Virus record (IMG/VR): IMGVR_UViG_3300028588_000016
Location: 64,001-128,000 of that record
From: a virus
Reading direction: 5' to 3' (one strand)
Length of the DNA stretch: 64,000 nt
The translations under genes and the position numbers were made by a program. Shown piece by piece: positions 60,857-64,000 of this stretch. Within the stretch, counting starts at the first letter, position 1; each line of letters opens with the position of its first letter. The notes under the pieces are model-generated. The model was not told the DNA's origin and searched no databases. It saw nothing but the letters and a program-made list of their open reading frames with translations.

Positions 60857-61166
60857 CTTTGAAATTCTTTACGTTGCTTTCTGGAACGCTATCTGGCATA
60901 ACTTTAAAAGCGCTGAAATATTTTGTATTATAGAGAGATCTATTACGAAACTCTCTTTTAAAGTAATTTATAAAATCTGCATCAGTCGAGAAATCACCGG
61001 CCAATATGATCGGTCTTTCATCGTTATTTAAATTGAAATGTAATACATATACATTACCTTCACGAAATAACTTTGATCTGCCTGTATACAATAGTTTATA
61101 TTGTGTACAAATATATTCTTTTATTGCATCTAATACTGGATGCTCTGTTACATAGTCTTCTGTCAT
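60843..61166 (-). CDS. Conserved hypothetical protein between TerL and portal (107 aa)
   Basis: ORF track. Overlap-coupled on both sides. Confidence 0.65.
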   Translation of the reverse strand: MTEDYVTEHPVLDAIKEYICTQYKLLYTGRSKLFREGNVYVLHFNLNNDERPIILAGDFSTDADFINYFKREFRNRSLYNTKYFSAFKVMPDSVPESNVKNFKDGHC

Positions 61167-63286
61167 TGTATCATGTATGGATGGTTAGGGAATAAAGCTT
61201 GAGCTAGTTTATTAGATTCATCTCTTACCCCGAATTGTTTTTTACCGTTGGCATCAGTGAAATATCCAACATCTTTCCACTTGCTAGCTAAATCATCTGT
61301 CTTTCTAATAACTAAATCGTACATATCTTCGTCAGCTATTTCACAATAAACCATAGACATCACTATATCGAACAGACCTTTAGCTTCGTAAGAGAATTTC
61401 TGTAACTGCTCTATCATTTCTATAAAGAAAATACTTTGAGCACCATCTTCAACGAAATCCGTTACCAAACTCAATCCATGCATAATCATCTTTTCAGAAC
61501 CAGGAGTACCCCATAAAGTAGCTGCAGGACGTTTATCTCCTAAAGCAAACGAAGGTCTTTCCATTAGATACTTTCTATCTAATTTCTTTAAACGTAACCA
61601 TGTTCTAAAACCGATCTTCGTATCCTCTAAGTTAGTCTTACAGCTATAATACATAAGTAGCTTTGCACCATTAGTATATGCTTCACGCACGTCCATAGGT
61701 CTATCCATATAATAGGCTACATATTTATTACCTGTATTACCAAATCTTCGTTTCTTAATAGTCATACAGAACTTTGAACCTTTAGCTCCAACAACTGAAT
61801 CGCCTTCACCGTGGTCAATACTATCAGTTCCAGAACAGTATAAGTTTCTTACTGGTACAATACTACCATTTTCATTCTGTTGATGTACAGGATGTTCTGA
61901 TATCATAATCATCCCTTTAGGATTAGGTTCCCATCTAACACCGGTAACTTCATCTGTTCCTTCTTTATATGTCCAAAACAAGTGACCTCTTTCAGGTACA
62001 GGAGTAGACTTTAAGATTTTAATCTCTGTATACTGTTGAGCAAGTAAAGCTTGGTTGAAATCGTTTTGACCTTGTTTAGATAAGGCTTCTTCTGGATAAA
62101 AACAATACTCTGCACAATAGTTCATTAGCTCGACAGGATCGTGTGCTAGTTTTCTACGTTTAGCATTGTAATAATCTTTAGCCATTTGAGAATTAGTAAC
62201 ACCTCTATGATCCATACAACTAACCATTTCACCTGTCTCTTCATCTTTGTATCCGATGAAACAACTGTAAGCTGGTAAGAAGAATCCTGTAAGAGCATAT
62301 TGACCGTCTGTAGTATGATTATGTCTATATGGTAATCCTTCGAACATTGCTGGATTAATAAACATTTTCTCTAAACCTGCTAATGCCGGTCCGCTATCAC
62401 CACCTGTACCAAACACAATACGTGTACCAATCTTTCTACCCAATAGATCTACTAGTGCTTGACCTTTTACATACGTTTCTGTAAGAATTGGATTAGATCC
62501 AGACTCTTCATATATTAAACGATCCACACGACTACCCCTAAGTTTACGTGAGTTATCGGCAACAACTCCCATAATTTCAGATAAGAATCCTTTCTCATTC
62601 TTTTGAGAATCGAGATAAGATGCTTTCTTCCACATAGTGGTATCTTTAACTTGTCTTAATCTAGAAAAGGCTGTTTCTGTTTCTTGATTCAAGTATTCTA
62701 ACTGATCCCAACATTTAGATAATGTAGGAGTTAAAAGACCATCTGAGAAAGCTACATAAAATACTTTATATTTCTTGTTTGTAATGTAAGGTCTAACGCC
62801 TAAACATACCGCCATCTCTGAGAAACCAACACCCCTCGCTTTAAACGCGATAACATCTTTACCCAAATGTTCACATATGTCTATGTAATGAAAGTATTCA
62901 TAGTGTTTTGACCAAAAGTCTGGATGACCAACGTCACGACCAGAACCTGCTTTAGTCACATTACCTAGTTTCTGCAATACGTAAAAGTTAAGAAAGAAAT
63001 AATGGTCACCAGTAATACGGTAACCATTATGTTCAAATCCTTCTTTACACCTACGCATTTGTTCTACCCACCAATCACGATGAGACTTTGTTCCTATAGG
63101 GTAATTAGTATATTTACCGGTGGCGTCTTTTTTAACACCTGCTTCAATAAATGGAGTTTTGTCAAAATCAAGGCCTTTAGTTTCAGTAATAGGACGATAC
63201 TTACTAAGTTCATAAGTTAACTCTGGATCAAAGAATTCAATCTTCCTTCCAATAGGTACGTCCCATTTAAATTGTTCTTTCGCCAT
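61163..63286 (-). CDS. terL: Terminase large subunit (707 aa)
   Basis: Walker A-like KARGVGFSE, Walker B LIYEESG, coupling motif FGTGG, RNase H-fold nuclease GTDSID...FDIVMS. Confidence 0.93.
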   Translation of the reverse strand: MAKEQFKWDVPIGRKIEFFDPELTYELSKYRPITETKGLDFDKTPFIEAGVKKDATGKYTNYPIGTKSHRDWWVEQMRRCKEGFEHNGYRITGDHYFFLNFYVLQKLGNVTKAGSGRDVGHPDFWSKHYEYFHYIDICEHLGKDVIAFKARGVGFSEMAVCLGVRPYITNKKYKVFYVAFSDGLLTPTLSKCWDQLEYLNQETETAFSRLRQVKDTTMWKKASYLDSQKNEKGFLSEIMGVVADNSRKLRGSRVDRLIYEESGSNPILTETYVKGQALVDLLGRKIGTRIVFGTGGDSGPALAGLEKMFINPAMFEGLPYRHNHTTDGQYALTGFFLPAYSCFIGYKDEETGEMVSCMDHRGVTNSQMAKDYYNAKRRKLAHDPVELMNYCAEYCFYPEEALSKQGQNDFNQALLAQQYTEIKILKSTPVPERGHLFWTYKEGTDEVTGVRWEPNPKGMIMISEHPVHQQNENGSIVPVRNLYCSGTDSIDHGEGDSVVGAKGSKFCMTIKKRRFGNTGNKYVAYYMDRPMDVREAYTNGAKLLMYYSCKTNLEDTKIGFRTWLRLKKLDRKYLMERPSFALGDKRPAATLWGTPGSEKMIMHGLSLVTDFVEDGAQSIFFIEMIEQLQKFSYEAKGLFDIVMSMVYCEIADEDMYDLVIRKTDDLASKWKDVGYFTDANGKKQFGVRDESNKLAQALFPNHPYMIQ

Positions 63287-63288
63287 AA

Positions 63289-63861
63289 TTAATCTTCAAA
63301 CATTCCTTTAGAAGCACCTGCACGTACACCTTTTTCTTTTTCTTGTTCTTTCTTAACCATGAACTCCAGTTGTTGTAAACCTTCTACAGTTTTACCTAGA
63401 GCAGCTAAGTTAGCCATTGCTTCTTTTGCAGAGTGAATTGGTTTACCAGTTTCCATGTCTCTTTCTTGAAGAGAAGTAGTTCTAAAATATAACCTTAACT
63501 CATCAATCATACAGTAAGCATCAGCTAATAGTTTCAGACTTCTTGTCTCTAGCAAAGAACGATATTTAATGATAGCAGCTGTTAGTAATTCGTCATCTAA
63601 ATCCTTTTGAGTTAGTTTAGAATCTTCCATTGCTGCATCAATCTTTTCTTTATCAGAGTATTCCGAGTAAGGAGATTTCCAATCGTATACCAAATAGATA
63701 TAAGTAAATGCTCTAAATGCTTTAAGTCGTTTACGTCCGTCTTTGTCTCCCTCTACTCCAGAGTTATATTTAAGTGTGAATAATTCAGCAAACTCTTTAA
63801 TTAAAAGTAGTTCCGGTTTATTCAGTTCTAAGCGATAGTCTTCGTATATAAATAAATTCAT
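63289..63861 (-). CDS. Putative terminase small subunit (190 aa)
   Basis: Helical protein directly upstream of terL. Positional inference. Confidence 0.45.
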   Translation of the reverse strand: MNLFIYEDYRLELNKPELLLIKEFAELFTLKYNSGVEGDKDGRKRLKAFRAFTYIYLVYDWKSPYSEYSDKEKIDAAMEDSKLTQKDLDDELLTAAIIKYRSLLETRSLKLLADAYCMIDELRLYFRTTSLQERDMETGKPIHSAKEAMANLAALGKTVEGLQQLEFMVKKEQEKEKGVRAGASKGMFED

Positions 63862-63909
63862 TGTCTTATTATTTTATTATTTCCTATTAATTATTATTGT
63901 TGTGTTAAA

Positions 63910-63999
63910 CTATTTCTTGTTTAACGCTGTATGTTCTGACATACCAGAATCGTGTCTACGACCTAATCCTGTTTTACCATCTTTACCTTTAGGGTTGTT
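63910..63999 (-). CDS. C-terminal fragment of an upstream gene (...NNPKGKDGKTGLGRRHDSGMSEHTALNKK*)
   Basis: Manual translation. Open from the window's right edge to a TAG at 63910-63912. Confidence 0.5.
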   Translation of the reverse strand, partial: NNPKGKDGKTGLGRRHDSGMSEHTALNKK

Positions 64000-64000
64000 A

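Noticed and set aside
839-63220. All plus-strand ORFs in the track (62-119 aa) and the short nested minus-strand ORFs (18441, 36632, 58660)
   Set aside because: They are antisense or alternate-frame shadows of long genes, with low-complexity Leu/Ser/Phe-rich translations and no recognisable motifs or promoters.
61163-63286. Introns or inteins in terL, MCP or RNAP (frequent in some crAss phages)
   Set aside because: The ORFs are continuous and of expected size, with no homing-endonuclease or intein motifs noticed.
1-64000. tRNA genes, rRNA or CRISPR arrays
   Set aside because: The intergenic gaps are too short or lack cloverleaf or repeat-spacer structure. None seen.

Overview
This window is the virion/late-gene half of a crAss-like (Crassvirales) bacteriophage genome. 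It is AT-rich, uses the standard genetic code, and every real gene is on the minus strand. In transcription order (high to low coordinates) it carries: a putative small terminase, large terminase, portal, a ~16 kb fibre/spike block (beta-helix plus SGNH-esterase spike, 780-aa fibre, M15 endolysin, holin, 2111-aa fibre with an S74-type chaperone), scaffold, major capsid protein, ring/auxiliary capsid/tail proteins, two large tail-end (muzzle/stabilisation-like) proteins, and then the ejection/cargo cluster. The cargo cluster ends in a 2949-aa protein with an embedded SF1 helicase domain and a virion RNA polymerase of at least 2877 aa (GEDFDIDK). The ORF track missed the polymerase because it runs off the left edge. 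Bacteroidota-type promoters (TTTG-N19-TAnnTTTG) indicate a Bacteroidota host. The most notable observations are: a K-[FY]-x-x-G-G tag shared by the cargo proteins; a T10 slippage tract at the anchor/enzyme junction of the depolymerase spike; a candidate plus-strand small RNA in the longest non-coding gap; and the helicase module inside the giant ejection protein. All family calls come from motifs and gene order recalled from knowledge. No database searches were run.
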